A stretch of DNA of 64,000 nucleotides from an uncultured virus (IMG/VR IMGVR_UViG_3300042993_000002) (IMGVR_UViG_3300042993_000002), one strand, 5' to 3'; positions 9,002-19,203 are shown, counted from the first letter of the stretch. The notes: generated by a model not told the origin, from the sequence alone. Translations and numbers: made by a program.

Positions 9002-10864
9002 TCAGCCTTCGCAGGCAAGGCATGTGTTCTCTGTGAACTCAATCTTCATCTTGACAGCATTCAAAGGAGCTGTCGAGCCATCACCGATAGACACCTTGGT
9101 GGCAGCAGAAGAGCGGCAGTAATACAGGCTCTTCAAGCCTTTAGCCCATGCAGCCATGTGAATGTCTGTCATTTCCTGACGTGTGATATCAGGACGAACA
9201 TAAATGTTCACGCTCTGACTCTGGCAGATATGAGGCTGAGCAGTTGCAGCAGCTTCGATAATCCACATCGGGTTGATTTCACGAAGAGTCTTGTAGACCA
9301 TCTTCTCGTGCTCAGACAAGAAGTCAAGGTTCTGACATCCTTCATCCAACATCACTTGCTTCCAGACTTCTGGTGTGTCCTGTCCTTTCTCTTGCAACAG
9401 TTTCTCAAAGTGCGGGTTCTTAATCAAGTAACTACCAGCACGGCCTTGAGCGTTGAAGCACAAACCAGCCCACGGCTCCCGACTTGGAGACACGTTCACC
9501 AACGAGCTAGAAGACGCGTTAGGGGCGATTGCGAACAAGTGGCTGTTACGGTAGCCGGAGCCTTCGCAATCAGGTGCCTCGCCTCTCAGAGAGCCTAGAC
9601 GGATGCTTTCTGCTACAGCTTGACGACGCATGTGCGAGTGAACCATGTTCGTGTGTTGAATGTTACTGTTGAAACCACCAGACTCGAATGCAATATTGTG
9701 ACGTTGCAGGTAAGAGTGCCAGCCCATCAGACCAATACCCAATGCACGTTCTTTCTTGGCCGAGTGAATCGCACGTTGCAAACTCTTCGGAGCCAAACGA
9801 ATGAAGAACTCCAACACGTTGTCCAAGAATCGAACAAGGTCAGCAATCATGTTTGTATCTTTCCACTCAGGGAACTTGTCAGCGTTAGGCGAAGACAGGC
9901 AACATACAGCGGTTCGCTTAGCCGATGTTCTCAGTGTAATCTCAGAACACAGGTTAGATTGCACTACATGATAACGCGGATTAGTGATTTGCTTTGGTAG
10001 GTTACGGTTTACAGTGTTGATAAACAACATGTAAGGTTCACCTGTATCCTTACGGACATCCATCAGCTCATCCCACAACTCACGTGCATCTTCAAAGCGA
10101 CCAGTAGGGCCATGCTTCGGATCAACCAGTTCCCACTTCTCACCAAGGATCACAGCATGCATGAATGCATCTGGAATGTTCAATCCGTTATTCAGGTTGA
10201 ACATCTTCTGATCTGCTACGCCACCACTCGGGTTCCGCATCTGCATGAACGGACGAATCTCAGGGTGAGCCATATCCAAGTAGACGGCCATACTACCACG
10301 TCGGGTGCGGCTCTGTCGATAGGCAATACACATGGCATCATACAATTTGTTGTGTGCCATAACACCAGTGGACTTTTCATCTGGGGCACGTTGACCGGCA
10401 TACAGGCCAACACCACCGCCCATCATGCTCAGCACTTTGGCTTCAGCATCTGCGATAACCAAGCCTTCTTTGCTGTCTGCAATCATAGACAGGAAGCAGC
10501 TAATAGGCAGACCATCGGGCTTCACGTTAGCTTCCAGCCAGTCACCAGCCTCTTGGAATTGGTCTTCACCAAACTCAGGCCAGATAATGTCTACAGCGTT
10601 AGATTGTACAGGGGAAGCTCCTACAAACCATTGCTTGCTAGCATAATCATAGATACGCTGAGCAAATGCATAATCACCGAACGAGAAGCAGGTCGCCATA
10701 CGAGCGATGGTTTCCTGCGGACTGTTCTCGTGTTCACGTTTGTAGAAGCCCTTACCTGTGAGCATTGCCAAGCCTTGTTCGGGGATAGTCCGGTCACGGC
10801 TATAGTCAATGGTAATTCCTAGGTATTGGGCTTCGTGTGTCAAGAAATACTCCTTAGTCTTCAA
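9002..10864 (-). CDS. nrdA: class I ribonucleotide reductase alpha subunit
   Basis: ISCF, SNLCSEI, VCCLSS, AIAPNASSS, KSLYY, C-terminal CLACEG. Confidence 0.95.
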   Translation of the reverse strand: MKTKEYFLTHEAQYLGITIDYSRDRTIPEQGLAMLTGKGFYKREHENSPQETIARMATCFSFGDYAFAQRIYDYASKQWFVGASPVQSNAVDIIWPEFGEDQFQEAGDWLEANVKPDGLPISCFLSMIADSKEGLVIADAEAKVLSMMGGGVGLYAGQRAPDEKSTGVMAHNKLYDAMCIAYRQSRTRRGSMAVYLDMAHPEIRPFMQMRNPSGGVADQKMFNLNNGLNIPDAFMHAVILGEKWELVDPKHGPTGRFEDARELWDELMDVRKDTGEPYMLFINTVNRNLPKQITNPRYHVVQSNLCSEITLRTSAKRTAVCCLSSPNADKFPEWKDTNMIADLVRFLDNVLEFFIRLAPKSLQRAIHSAKKERALGIGLMGWHSYLQRHNIAFESGGFNSNIQHTNMVHSHMRRQAVAESIRLGSLRGEAPDCEGSGYRNSHLFAIAPNASSSSLVNVSPSREPWAGLCFNAQGRAGSYLIKNPHFEKLLQEKGQDTPEVWKQVMLDEGCQNLDFLSEHEKMVYKTLREINPMWIIEAAATAQPHICQSQSVNIYVRPDITRQEMTDIHMAAWAKGLKSLYYCRSSAATKVSIGDGSTAPLNAVKMKIEFTENTCLACEG

Positions 10865-11225
10865 TCATTTTATCTTGTGTTCCAACGTAGCTCATGCGAC
10901 GTAGGTGTGTTCTTACTTCAGCATCTTTGACAGAACGAATCTGAGCATCAATACTTGCACAACCCGTAGCAATCCAATCTGCATCTGTGCGTTCAAAGCC
11001 TTGTACACGAATACCTGTGTAAAGAATGTTGTTGATTGTTCGATGTGTACTGGCAACTAGCTCGTAACCAAGATCAACTTCCATCCCATTGGTCTTAAGG
11101 ATTGCTTCAAACACCTTGACGTTCTGACTTTCATAAGCTTCTTTGAATCCGTCCACAAGGAACAGGTCATGGAAGCTCAAGTTATAATCTGTTTCGCGAC
11201 TACCTTCTGCGATATTTCTGTTCAT
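10854..11225 (-). CDS. hypothetical protein
   Basis: 123-aa ORF between thyX and nrdA. Confidence 0.7.
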   Translation of the reverse strand: MNRNIAEGSRETDYNLSFHDLFLVDGFKEAYESQNVKVFEAILKTNGMEVDLGYELVASTHRTINNILYTGIRVQGFERTDADWIATGCASIDAQIRSVKDAEVRTHLRRMSYVGTQDKMIED

Positions 11226-11228
11226 GTC

Positions 11229-11873
11229 TTACTCCTGAGTGGTCAGAGCTTTCCAGCTCACTGGGAACAATTGCTCTACCAGAGAACCAAGGGGAATTGC
11301 TACATCGCCTACTTCTTTCTGGGCGTGAGCTTCAGTACGTTTGTTGTAGAAGTTTGCAAAGGATACTAAATTACCAGTCCAAATCCAGTTGACGATTGCA
11401 CCTTGTGGAAGTACGAATCGGGCTTGTTCAGGACAAATGCCGTCTTCCAGCATTTCCATATACAGCTCGACGCAAGCGTCTGTGAGTTTGATGTACTCTT
11501 GACGCCAGCCTTCAGAACTTTCATGGCGATCAGCAGAACCTTGTTTGATGCTGCCTTCTGGCTTCGCTCGAAATTGATCTGGGATATAAATCTCAGGACG
11601 TGTGCTGATATAACGGCGACTCTCTTCGTTCTCTACAAGACCGATCTTATGCTTGAAACATTGGGTTCGAATTGGGACTGGAGCAGCTACCCTGAATTGA
11701 AGTGCTGTATGTGCGAATGGTGTCCAGTGGTCGTGCTTGGCTAGATAACGGATCAACCGTTCATCTTGATCACCAAACTCTGTGGATTCTTTTGCGAATG
11801 AAACACGTGCAGCGTTAACTACTGCCAGATCAGACCCCATGTGGTCGATCAGTTCTACTTTGATTTGGGACAC
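11229..11873 (-). CDS. thyX: flavin-dependent thymidylate synthase
   Basis: AARVS, HWTPF, KHK...NEESRRY, EQARFVLP, HAQKE motifs. Confidence 0.93.
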   Translation of the reverse strand: MSQIKVELIDHMGSDLAVVNAARVSFAKESTEFGDQDERLIRYLAKHDHWTPFAHTALQFRVAAPVPIRTQCFKHKIGLVENEESRRYISTRPEIYIPDQFRAKPEGSIKQGSADRHESSEGWRQEYIKLTDACVELYMEMLEDGICPEQARFVLPQGAIVNWIWTGNLVSFANFYNKRTEAHAQKEVGDVAIPLGSLVEQLFPVSWKALTTQE

Positions 11874-11906
11874 AACATTACCTCCTTATGTGAGTGGATG
11901 GGAGTA

Positions 11907-11935
11907 ATTCTACTCCACATCCCTATCTCAGTCAA
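11907..11935 (-). promoter_or_regulatory. sigma70-type promoter
   Basis: TTGACT-N17-TAGAAT. Confidence 0.65.
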
Positions 11936-12267
11936 GCCTTATTTCGACGATCAATTGCATTTACCCATGAGCAAGCGACAGCAGCAATCTGAATCAATTC
12001 TTCACGTAGAGTTGCTGTGTTACCAGCAATAGCCTCATCACGAGCTTCCATCAATTCTTCATTCAGAATGTCTTGCCACGAACAGTCAGTAGCTCCTAGC
12101 CGCTCATCACACAAGGCTTTGGCGAACTCTGTCGTTAGTTCAATATCATGTTCAACAGACACTTCGAACACATCTGGCAGGAAGTAGTCTGGATGATTCT
12201 GTTCACCCCACTTCGCAATCTGCCGGTTCATTTCTTCTGCAACTTCTGCAACGGAAGTGTAGTTCAT
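11932..12267 (-). CDS. MazG-like all-alpha NTP pyrophosphohydrolase
   Basis: RQ..KWGEQNH, ILNEELME, LREELIQIAAVA. Confidence 0.7.
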   Translation of the reverse strand: MNYTSVAEVAEEMNRQIAKWGEQNHPDYFLPDVFEVSVEHDIELTTEFAKALCDERLGATDCSWQDILNEELMEARDEAIAGNTATLREELIQIAAVACSWVNAIDRRNKA

Positions 12268-12845
12268 CGGATGCCTCCTGTGATTGTCAGTTCTAATTGA
12301 GCCAGCACGTTAAACGCTTCGTGTGCAAGGTGCAGCAGGTCAGACTCTTCATCTGTACGAAACTCAGGGGTTAGCCCTTTGCCCGCTTGAATGTGACGTT
12401 TGATCCGGTGACGCGAGGCAGCAGCATCAAAGGAAATCTCTGCGTTTGGAAGGTTCTTCCAGTCGTGAGGTTTGTATCCTTTATGCTCAGCAGCCCATGT
12501 CATCACTTCACCAACAGCCATAATAGCGTTCGGGAAGCCATGATCGAACAGTTCGATTGCGATCTTTCCAACCTTACGTTCTTCTAGAACAGGGCGTGCA
12601 ATCGTGCCACAGGCAGCTACAGCAGAGGGTTGTTCACCAATAATCAGCTCCACTTCTTCTGGACGCATGAAGTTGAGAGTGCCTTTGTCATTCTTAAAAC
12701 GGCAAGACTCTTCGCAATCGTCTCCATCTTTTTGTCGAAAGATGATATCTCCCGGTTTGTATTTACCGAGACAATCAGATAAAACACGAACTGCCGTACC
12801 TTCAGCCAAATCCCGTAGTTGTTCACCAGTCAAGTTCATTATCAA
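12264..12845 (-). CDS. putative dATP/dGTP diphosphohydrolase-domain protein
   Basis: VMTW.A..KGY..HDW...AA.RH...DEESDLLHLAH.A.N pattern. Confidence 0.65.
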   Translation of the reverse strand: MIMNLTGEQLRDLAEGTAVRVLSDCLGKYKPGDIIFRQKDGDDCEESCRFKNDKGTLNFMRPEEVELIIGEQPSAVAACGTIARPVLEERKVGKIAIELFDHGFPNAIMAVGEVMTWAAEHKGYKPHDWKNLPNAEISFDAAASRHRIKRHIQAGKGLTPEFRTDEESDLLHLAHEAFNVLAQLELTITGGIR

Positions 12846-13036
12846 TCCTCCGTATCAATGTCGATTTCTACTTCCACATATGGAATGCCCATCAGACGCT
12901 CTAGTTGAGCGGACAGAACACGCATACACAGATACCCTTGCATGAGTTGGTCATCAGGGAATTCAGTCAGTACGAACTCTTGTAGACGCTCGTAGGCTGC
13001 TTGATCCACAACTTCACTCGCCAATGCTTCTGTCAT
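12842..13036 (-). CDS. hypothetical protein
   Basis: ORF coupled with neighbours. Confidence 0.6.
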   Translation of the reverse strand: MTEALASEVVDQAAYERLQEFVLTEFPDDQLMQGYLCMRVLSAQLERLMGIPYVEVEIDIDTED

Positions 13037-13251
13037 CAGCACACCGCATCATGAATTGGGAATGGTTGTCCCAGTGGGTTGAAGCTGGGGCGAAGAGTCG
13101 GCATCGCTGGTACATTGTATTGCGGGGTAACTTTCTTCAAAACCAAGTTCAGATGGTCTTGAACGATCTTGACTTGCTCTTTAGTCAGAGCTTCTTGTTG
13201 GCCCAGTTCAAGGGCACCTTGTAACCAATAGCAAAATTGAAGTGCTTCCAA
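13036..13251 (-). CDS. hypothetical phage protein
   Basis: AAGGAG RBS plus TTG start; FCYWLQG motif. Confidence 0.6.
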   Translation of the reverse strand: MEALQFCYWLQGALELGQQEALTKEQVKIVQDHLNLVLKKVTPQYNVPAMPTLRPSFNPLGQPFPIHDAVC

Positions 13252-13307
13252 TTTGATTCTCCTTTTGTGTGAATATGGGGCTAGCTTACTGGCTAACCCC
13301 TTGATTG

Positions 13308-14225
13308 TCAAACGATATTCGAGAGCAATGTCTTACGTTTCTCTTTGCTCAGCTCGTTTACACGAGAACGGCGCTGTACGCCAGTGGTGATGTTGCGATA
13401 CCGCTGGTACTTACCGAAGTTACTGTAATGGAATCCATCCTTAACCCACTCATCCATGTCCAGAATGCCATCAACATAAACGTCGAAGTTAGGTAGCTTG
13501 TCATCCCAGCTCGAAAGAATATCATACAACTCTTCCAGAGACAATACGTCATAGATGTTGTAATCCTTCATTTCAGCCCATGCTTCTGGGTTGCCTTTCA
13601 GGCATTCAGCCCACAGCAAATGACCCGGAAACTGCTTGTGTGTCTGCTTCTTATACACCGTGCAGAGCTTATCTGTCATGTATTCCAGCTTGTTGGATGT
13701 GAATCCAAACTGACGCTTGGCAATCTCCATCGTATCAATCTGACGGAAGTGAGAAGGCTTTGGCAGCCCATTCAGAATGAACCGTGCAAAGATTTTCTTC
13801 ACGTCAAATCGGCGGGAGTTCTGACCAACCACAATATCAGCTTCATTCAGTAAACGCCACAACGAATCGAGCAGCACGGCATCATCTTCGAAGTCGTCTT
13901 GACCTTCCAAGTCCTGATAAATCACTTCCTCAGTTCCTTTCCATTTCGCACAGAAGCTCAGGATGCTCCAGTCTTCAACGATCTGGTTCAGACCTACGTT
14001 CTGGTCCCACAGGCGCCAGACATGACCAAGAATTGGCTTGGTTTCAATGTCGATGAACAGAATCTTTGGTCCGTCTACAGCAGGGGCAGAGTCGTAAGGA
14101 ACGCTACCAAGCTTGCGGATGTAGTCTCCCACGGTAGAGCGGGGAATGTCAAGATGCTTTGCGATCTGACGTTGACTCATACCATCTTCCCAGTATTGAC
14201 GTGCTTCTAGTTTCCAATTGCTCAT
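13308..14225 (-). CDS. HTH plus RNase H-like/DEDD 3'-5' exonuclease
   Basis: N-terminal HTH; FIDIET, GQNSRRFD, YNIYDV motifs. Confidence 0.8.
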   Translation of the reverse strand: MSNWKLEARQYWEDGMSQRQIAKHLDIPRSTVGDYIRKLGSVPYDSAPAVDGPKILFIDIETKPILGHVWRLWDQNVGLNQIVEDWSILSFCAKWKGTEEVIYQDLEGQDDFEDDAVLLDSLWRLLNEADIVVGQNSRRFDVKKIFARFILNGLPKPSHFRQIDTMEIAKRQFGFTSNKLEYMTDKLCTVYKKQTHKQFPGHLLWAECLKGNPEAWAEMKDYNIYDVLSLEELYDILSSWDDKLPNFDVYVDGILDMDEWVKDGFHYSNFGKYQRYRNITTGVQRRSRVNELSKEKRKTLLSNIV

Positions 14226-14779
14226 TGTTTACTCCTTCCTAAAATGTCTACGATTTGTGCTCTTCGACCTTTTGCAGTCGATGCGGGTGCGATACCATTC
14301 TCACTGATGAACTTCCTAACCTCTTTAACCGGGTATTTGCAGATCAAGATTGCCTGTTTTTCAATCAAAGCATCTTCATGACTCATTCCATTCCGTTCAG
14401 CGTATGTCTTAGCTTTATGGCATGGCTTACAAATTAGCCCAAGGTCTTTTGCAGACACGCACACAATACCCTCTACAAACGACTGGAGGTCTTCCAGCTT
14501 GCGTAGCGAGTATTCTCCTGTGAGGTGGTCAACCTCAATGTCTTTTAGTGCGAACTCTTTCTTACATTGATAACACTCACCGCCCCAAACTTCTGGGAAC
14601 CTTGTAGCATTCTTAGCTACAGGATTTGCGATACGCTTGCGGTTCGCTTTAAGAAACTCCAACTTAATCGGGCTCTTGTTCCAAAGGGAACGGCGAATGC
14701 CGCCCCTTACGAAACTCAGAAATGCCGCTTCAGTCTTCCAAATATGAGGGTATTCAATCCACGGCTTATTCATCAGCAA
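14222..14779 (-). CDS. HNH endonuclease
   Basis: CYQC...EVDH...ICKPCHKAKT. Confidence 0.8.
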   Translation of the reverse strand: MLMNKPWIEYPHIWKTEAAFLSFVRGGIRRSLWNKSPIKLEFLKANRKRIANPVAKNATRFPEVWGGECYQCKKEFALKDIEVDHLTGEYSLRKLEDLQSFVEGIVCVSAKDLGLICKPCHKAKTYAERNGMSHEDALIEKQAILICKYPVKEVRKFISENGIAPASTAKGRRAQIVDILGRSKQ

Positions 14780-14984
14780 GCTCCTTCAATCGAAGGATGC
14801 AAGCATCAGTCATCTTCATGATCATACCGTTGGTTACTGGTTCTCCAGCTCTAAAGTCTGGATCGTCATAACCTAAATACCAGTATGCCCAGTTCCCATA
14901 TTCAGCAGGGATTGGGATGTGAATATCCACCAACCCTTCAGCCCACTGTTGCATCACGCTCACTGCTGGTTCTATTCTAGCCAT
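14766..14984 (-). CDS. hypothetical protein
   Basis: 72-aa coupled ORF. Confidence 0.6.
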   Translation of the reverse strand: MARIEPAVSVMQQWAEGLVDIHIPIPAEYGNWAYWYLGYDDPDFRAGEPVTNGMIMKMTDACILRLKELADE

Positions 14985-15145
14985 TATTCACCCCACTCAG
15001 CGACGAACGCTTCTTGTGGGGTCATACCGGCTTCGAAGTAATCCTCATACATGAAGGGGGCTCGATCAACGAGCTTACCAACAGGACCAGATTGATCGTA
15101 TGCAATTTCTACAAGGTCTTCAAACCATGTGTCGAAGTCTCTCAT
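14984..15145 (-). CDS. small acidic hypothetical protein (53 aa, not in ORF track)
   Basis: MRDFDTWFEDLVEIAYD...MTPQEAFVAEWGE fills the gap exactly, with ATGA/TAATG overlaps. Confidence 0.6.
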   Translation of the reverse strand: MRDFDTWFEDLVEIAYDQSGPVGKLVDRAPFMYEDYFEAGMTPQEAFVAEWGE

Positions 15146-16176
15146 AGAATGCCCAACTTAGTCAAGACATTCTTAACAATGATTCGATCATCTGCCCAAC
15201 GCTTCATGAATGCACAGTCAACATACATCTGAAGAATGCTCAAAGCATCTGCATCGTAATCGATATCGTTGCAAGCTGTATAGCGAAGAGGTGCAGGATA
15301 CCACGTCAGGTATTGGTTGTAAATAGCCTCCCAACATTCTTTATCTGTCTTACAGTCTTTCAACACTTTCAGGGCAGAGACATCACCAAACTGTACTTTT
15401 CCACCGCCAGCTTTCTGTGTCTTGATGTCGAGGATGTCAACTGGGCGATACCCGTCAACCTTGTCTCCAGCCAGAATCTGATAGTATAGGAACATGCGAC
15501 CAGAGCCACGTACTTTTCCTTTTTCATCTTGATAGATTTCTCCCAAACCAGTAATGAAGCGTGGCTTATCATCTTTGTCTGGATTGTGCAACCATCCATG
15601 ACATTGGCCAGCGTCTTTATCAGATGTGTATTGGACGATCTTCTGTCCTGCCTTAGCGCCATCGTAAGCGCGTATAGACGACATATCGTCCACTTCCATA
15701 CCATCGACCACGATAGCTCCTAACTCGTCTATCATCCACTGCCGAAGGGCTCCTAGCAGCACTGGGCGAGCCGTACCGTCACGGTTACTCTTGTAGCGTC
15801 CACCAATCGTACTCTGCGTTGCATTGTTTTGCACATACACTTGAGGGAGCAGGATGAAGTCGCGGAAGTTATCTTTCCCGCTAATGTAAATCTCCAATCT
15901 ATTTGCCCGCATATCATTCTGTGCGGTTTGAATCATTGATGTCACTGTACTCTTTGCATAGCTCAAGTGTTTGGGCTCAGCATGATCAGTGATTTCATAC
16001 ATATCAACTGTGTGATCTGTGCCTGCAAGATACTTCTTGAACTCAGTGCGGTTCTTCCATTCTTCGATCACACCCTTCTCGATGTGTCTACTCTTGATAC
16101 TCTTCACTTCGTTGGCAGCAGCAGCCTTGTAGGCAATACTGTCAGCATCCAAGATTCCGATTACCTCTTCTGTCAT
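15142..16176 (-). CDS. 5'-3' exonuclease (T5 exo/FEN-like)
   Basis: ILDADS, NFR...YKSNR, EVDD, DKD, GDKVDG motifs. Confidence 0.85.
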   Translation of the reverse strand: MTEEVIGILDADSIAYKAAAANEVKSIKSRHIEKGVIEEWKNRTEFKKYLAGTDHTVDMYEITDHAEPKHLSYAKSTVTSMIQTAQNDMRANRLEIYISGKDNFRDFILLPQVYVQNNATQSTIGGRYKSNRDGTARPVLLGALRQWMIDELGAIVVDGMEVDDMSSIRAYDGAKAGQKIVQYTSDKDAGQCHGWLHNPDKDDKPRFITGLGEIYQDEKGKVRGSGRMFLYYQILAGDKVDGYRPVDILDIKTQKAGGGKVQFGDVSALKVLKDCKTDKECWEAIYNQYLTWYPAPLRYTACNDIDYDADALSILQMYVDCAFMKRWADDRIIVKNVLTKLGIL

Positions 16177-16231
16177 GTTAGCCTCCATAAACAAAAATGG
16201 CCCCAAAAGGGGCCAGATGGTCTTTCTAAAA

Positions 16232-16510
16232 TTAATTGTCGTAGCTGGTTAGTTCCTTGAACTTCGCAGTCACTTCAGCATTCTTTGCAGCGAACTCTTC
16301 AAACACGTTTTGTGCTTCGAGCTTGGCAGCGGCAGCTACAAGGGCCAGATCAGCGGCAGGAATGCCGTTTGGATTGGTTTTCTTGTTGAACTTCGCATCT
16401 TTCTTGAGCTGTTTGATGTCTTCAGCTCGTACCAGTTGCTCGGTCAGCAGTTCAACCAAACGGTCAAACAGCTCTTGTTCAGTTAGTGTTACTCGTTGTA
16501 CATCAGTCAT
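16232..16510 (-). CDS. hypothetical helical protein
   Basis: 92-aa ORF, AGGAG RBS, followed by terminator. Confidence 0.7.
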   Translation of the reverse strand: MTDVQRVTLTEQELFDRLVELLTEQLVRAEDIKQLKKDAKFNKKTNPNGIPAADLALVAAAAKLEAQNVFEEFAAKNAEVTAKFKELTSYDN

Positions 16511-16520
16511 TTACTTCTCC

Positions 16521-16625
16521 TTATCGTAGGTTGTCAGAAATTGCAGCCATGAAGAAACCAAAGACCCAATACCATGTTGGTAGGTCGAAGGCCAAGCCTG
16601 TGATCAAGCCGAATATCCAGATCAT
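16521..16625 (-). CDS. small membrane peptide (34 aa)
   Basis: MIWIFGLITGLAFDLPTWYWVFGFFMAAISDNLR; ATGA overlap. Confidence 0.5.
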   Translation of the reverse strand: MIWIFGLITGLAFDLPTWYWVFGFFMAAISDNLR

Positions 16626-16900
16626 TCGTTATACAACCAAACTGGAACTTGAATATCTTCAGGACCACTATCCATTCCGCCGAAGCTCTCTAGATCATCT
16701 TCAATCGCATCCAGTGCATCTTGCTCGTTGGTGTAGTAGTAGATGCTTGTATAGCCATCAGTACCACCAGCAACTAAATACAGAGTCTTGGTGGTGAGTG
16801 TCTTCTCAAGCTCAGCACGAAAATCTTCAGCCATTTCGTTCTCTTCCGAGTTCAAGTGGCTCATCAACGAATCAAACTGTTTCAAGATTTGTTCTTTCAT
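16622..16900 (-). CDS. acidic hypothetical protein
   Basis: AGGAG RBS; upstream TTGACA-N17-TAAGAT. Confidence 0.65.
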   Translation of the reverse strand: MKEQILKQFDSLMSHLNSEENEMAEDFRAELEKTLTTKTLYLVAGGTDGYTSIYYYTNEQDALDAIEDDLESFGGMDSGPEDIQVPVWLYNE

Positions 16901-16955
16901 GTGAATCTCCTGTCTGGTTGGTGTGGGCACATCTTACAGAGCATGTCCTTTGCTG

Positions 16956-17579
16956 TCAAGCATTAAGCACATCAAATTTCTCATACACAACCCAACCACC
17001 TTCCGTTTCAGGTCCGGCATTGTCGATCACATAGGCACCAGCTTTGAAATAGAATGGATACTCGTTCCATGCTTCGCTCACCTTCAAATGATAACCAAAG
17101 CCTGCAAGGTTTATGTGCAGCTCGCCCGAGGAATCAACCTCTAAGCTGTACTCGAACGCCTTACTTAACGGACAAGGATAAGATAGCACCTTGACTGCGG
17201 AGTCTGTGGGGTTCGCTCTCAGATCAACCCGTGCGACACCATTCCACCATGTCACCATCAGGAATGGATTAGGGGCTTTGTGTGCGTGGATTTGACCTAC
17301 GATCACCTTACCTGAGCTTGGTGTCAGTTCAACTCTTACAGTGCCAGACATTGCGTGCGGTACGCCGTCAGCTAGCCAGTTGTATGGCTCACTCGACTCA
17401 GGAAGCGTTTGACGGCTCTCTGTGCGTGGACTGGAGCTGCTACCAGATGTATCACCTACAACAGAACACCAGTAGTTTGTGTGACCTTTTGGGTCTGTCC
17501 ATACCAAATCTTGTGGAGGTTTTTCAGGGAATTGATATACAACCCCATGTGCTGTGATATTGCCAAAACTAATCATCAT
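16956..17579 (-). CDS. polysaccharide lyase family 7 (alginate lyase-like)
   Basis: PL7 motifs RTESRQ, GQIH, YFKAGAY. Confidence 0.85.
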   Translation of the reverse strand: MMISFGNITAHGVVYQFPEKPPQDLVWTDPKGHTNYWCSVVGDTSGSSSSPRTESRQTLPESSEPYNWLADGVPHAMSGTVRVELTPSSGKVIVGQIHAHKAPNPFLMVTWWNGVARVDLRANPTDSAVKVLSYPCPLSKAFEYSLEVDSSGELHINLAGFGYHLKVSEAWNEYPFYFKAGAYVIDNAGPETEGGWVVYEKFDVLNA

Positions 17580-17633
17580 CTACCTCTCTTCAATACTTAT
17601 TGAATGAGGGGCTTTTCAGCCCCTCAGTACACA

Positions 17634-18638
17634 TCAGAACGGGATATCGTCGTCGAAGTTGGTGGCAACAGGAACCACTTCAGCCTTCGCTACAGCAGCC
17701 TTAACAGCGTCCTTAGCTGGATCAGCCTTGGCGTTACCGTAAGATGCAGCTTCAGCTTCAAACACTGGCTTCAGAGAGCTGGTGTCGTAGTTCAGGGCAC
17801 GCTTCATGGTGTTCTTCACAGAGACACGCATTTGCTTCACGGCTTCTGGATCGTTCTCACCGTGCAGGTTAACACAGTGCAACAGACCCTCTGGAACTTC
17901 AGGAATCGCAACGCCTTCTGGAACCATACCTACCAGTTTGATTTCTTCAGTGAAGAATGTTTTGTCACCAGTTTTGGCTGGCTTCATCCATACACGGAAT
18001 TCGAACTGTACAACTTTACCGATCAACTCAGCAGCACGTTCTTTGTTGAACAAACCGTTGTCATCCAACAGTTCAGCAGCAGCAGCCAGTTTGTGCAGGC
18101 CGTTGTTCTTGGCCAGTGCCCATACTGCTTTACCATTACCCAGATCATGCTTGGCGTCACGCAGGTTGTACGGACGTGCAACGATCTTTTCTTTGGTGCC
18201 CGGTACAGTGAACTCGTAGTTCAACAGCATGCGAAGTGGCAGAGGCTTCGAGTTACCGAAGAACTGACCCTTATCTACCAAGACTTGTGGGAAGTCAATG
18301 GAGAATGCAATTTGTTGTACTGGCTTCTGAGGCCAGCATTTCAGTCGAGCTTGCTTACCAGTTTCACGGTCGATACCATCTTTGAAGTAGGTAGCTGGGA
18401 ATTTTTCAATCTCAGCAGCTTCATCAGCAGCAGTACCAGTAAATGCCTTTTCGGCATCTTCAAGCTTTTGGTTGCCCAAGTCGTAGAGGCCAGAGATAAC
18501 ACCCGGAATCGAGCGGGATTTCTTAGCAGTGCCAGAAACTTCTACTACGTGTTGGTTCAGAGCATCCCAGTCAACTACCTTACGCTCTTTGCCTTCGGTT
18601 TGATTGGTGTTAGTGATGTTCAGTTGAAAAGCAGCCAT
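17634..18638 (-). CDS. putative single-stranded DNA-binding protein
   Basis: in replication module; acidic C-terminus DDDIPF. Confidence 0.65.
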   Translation of the reverse strand: MAAFQLNITNTNQTEGKERKVVDWDALNQHVVEVSGTAKKSRSIPGVISGLYDLGNQKLEDAEKAFTGTAADEAAEIEKFPATYFKDGIDRETGKQARLKCWPQKPVQQIAFSIDFPQVLVDKGQFFGNSKPLPLRMLLNYEFTVPGTKEKIVARPYNLRDAKHDLGNGKAVWALAKNNGLHKLAAAAELLDDNGLFNKERAAELIGKVVQFEFRVWMKPAKTGDKTFFTEEIKLVGMVPEGVAIPEVPEGLLHCVNLHGENDPEAVKQMRVSVKNTMKRALNYDTSSLKPVFEAEAASYGNAKADPAKDAVKAAVAKAEVVPVATNFDDDIPF

Positions 18639-18708
18639 TATATTTCTCCTATCTTAAGTGCCATGATTGGCGATGGAAGGGCACTCGCCCTTCATTGGGG
18701 GTTGAGAC

Positions 18709-19125
18709 TCAGCGAATCTCTTTTACAGCAGCGTAAGCAGTGATGATCACGCCAGCTTTCTTACCGCCTTGATACGCCTTTTCTTCTCGGGCATGATCAC
18801 GGTCGAATGTTTTCAGGTATACAGCTTCACCATCTTCGTCTTCAACAACGTAGAGGTAAGTGACGCGAGGCTTAGGGCCAGAAGTTTCACCAGACACTCT
18901 GGTTACAGTTGCTTTGGTTACAGTCACTGGTTCAACTTGATGCGTGTAAAGCAACTGGCCAACTTCGAAGCCGTAGTTACGAGATACACCCGTGAAGTTA
19001 TATGAGACACCTTCTGGATACTTTTCTGGGGTTGCATTTGCTAAAACTACAACAGAACCCTTTGCAAAGCAGTGACCAGTCTCATCAATCACTTTATACT
19101 TAGCACCTACTTTAAATTCGCTCAC
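18709..19125 (-). CDS. hypothetical protein
   Basis: GGAGG RBS plus GTG; upstream TTGACA-N16-TACAAT. Confidence 0.6.
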   Translation of the reverse strand: MSEFKVGAKYKVIDETGHCFAKGSVVVLANATPEKYPEGVSYNFTGVSRNYGFEVGQLLYTHQVEPVTVTKATVTRVSGETSGPKPRVTYLYVVEDEDGEAVYLKTFDRDHAREEKAYQGGKKAGVIITAYAAVKEIR

Positions 19126-19203
19126 GATAAATCCTCCTATTTGTGTTTGGTATGTGTTCATTGTACCTTGATTTGGGGCTTTGTCAAGCCCCTATTTGCG
19201 CCA

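Noticed and set aside
11932..12845. Z-base (2-aminoadenine) or other base-modification pathway suggested by two dNTP pyrophosphatase-like genes
   Set aside because: No PurZ/PurA-like synthase or other modifying enzyme is visible in the window.
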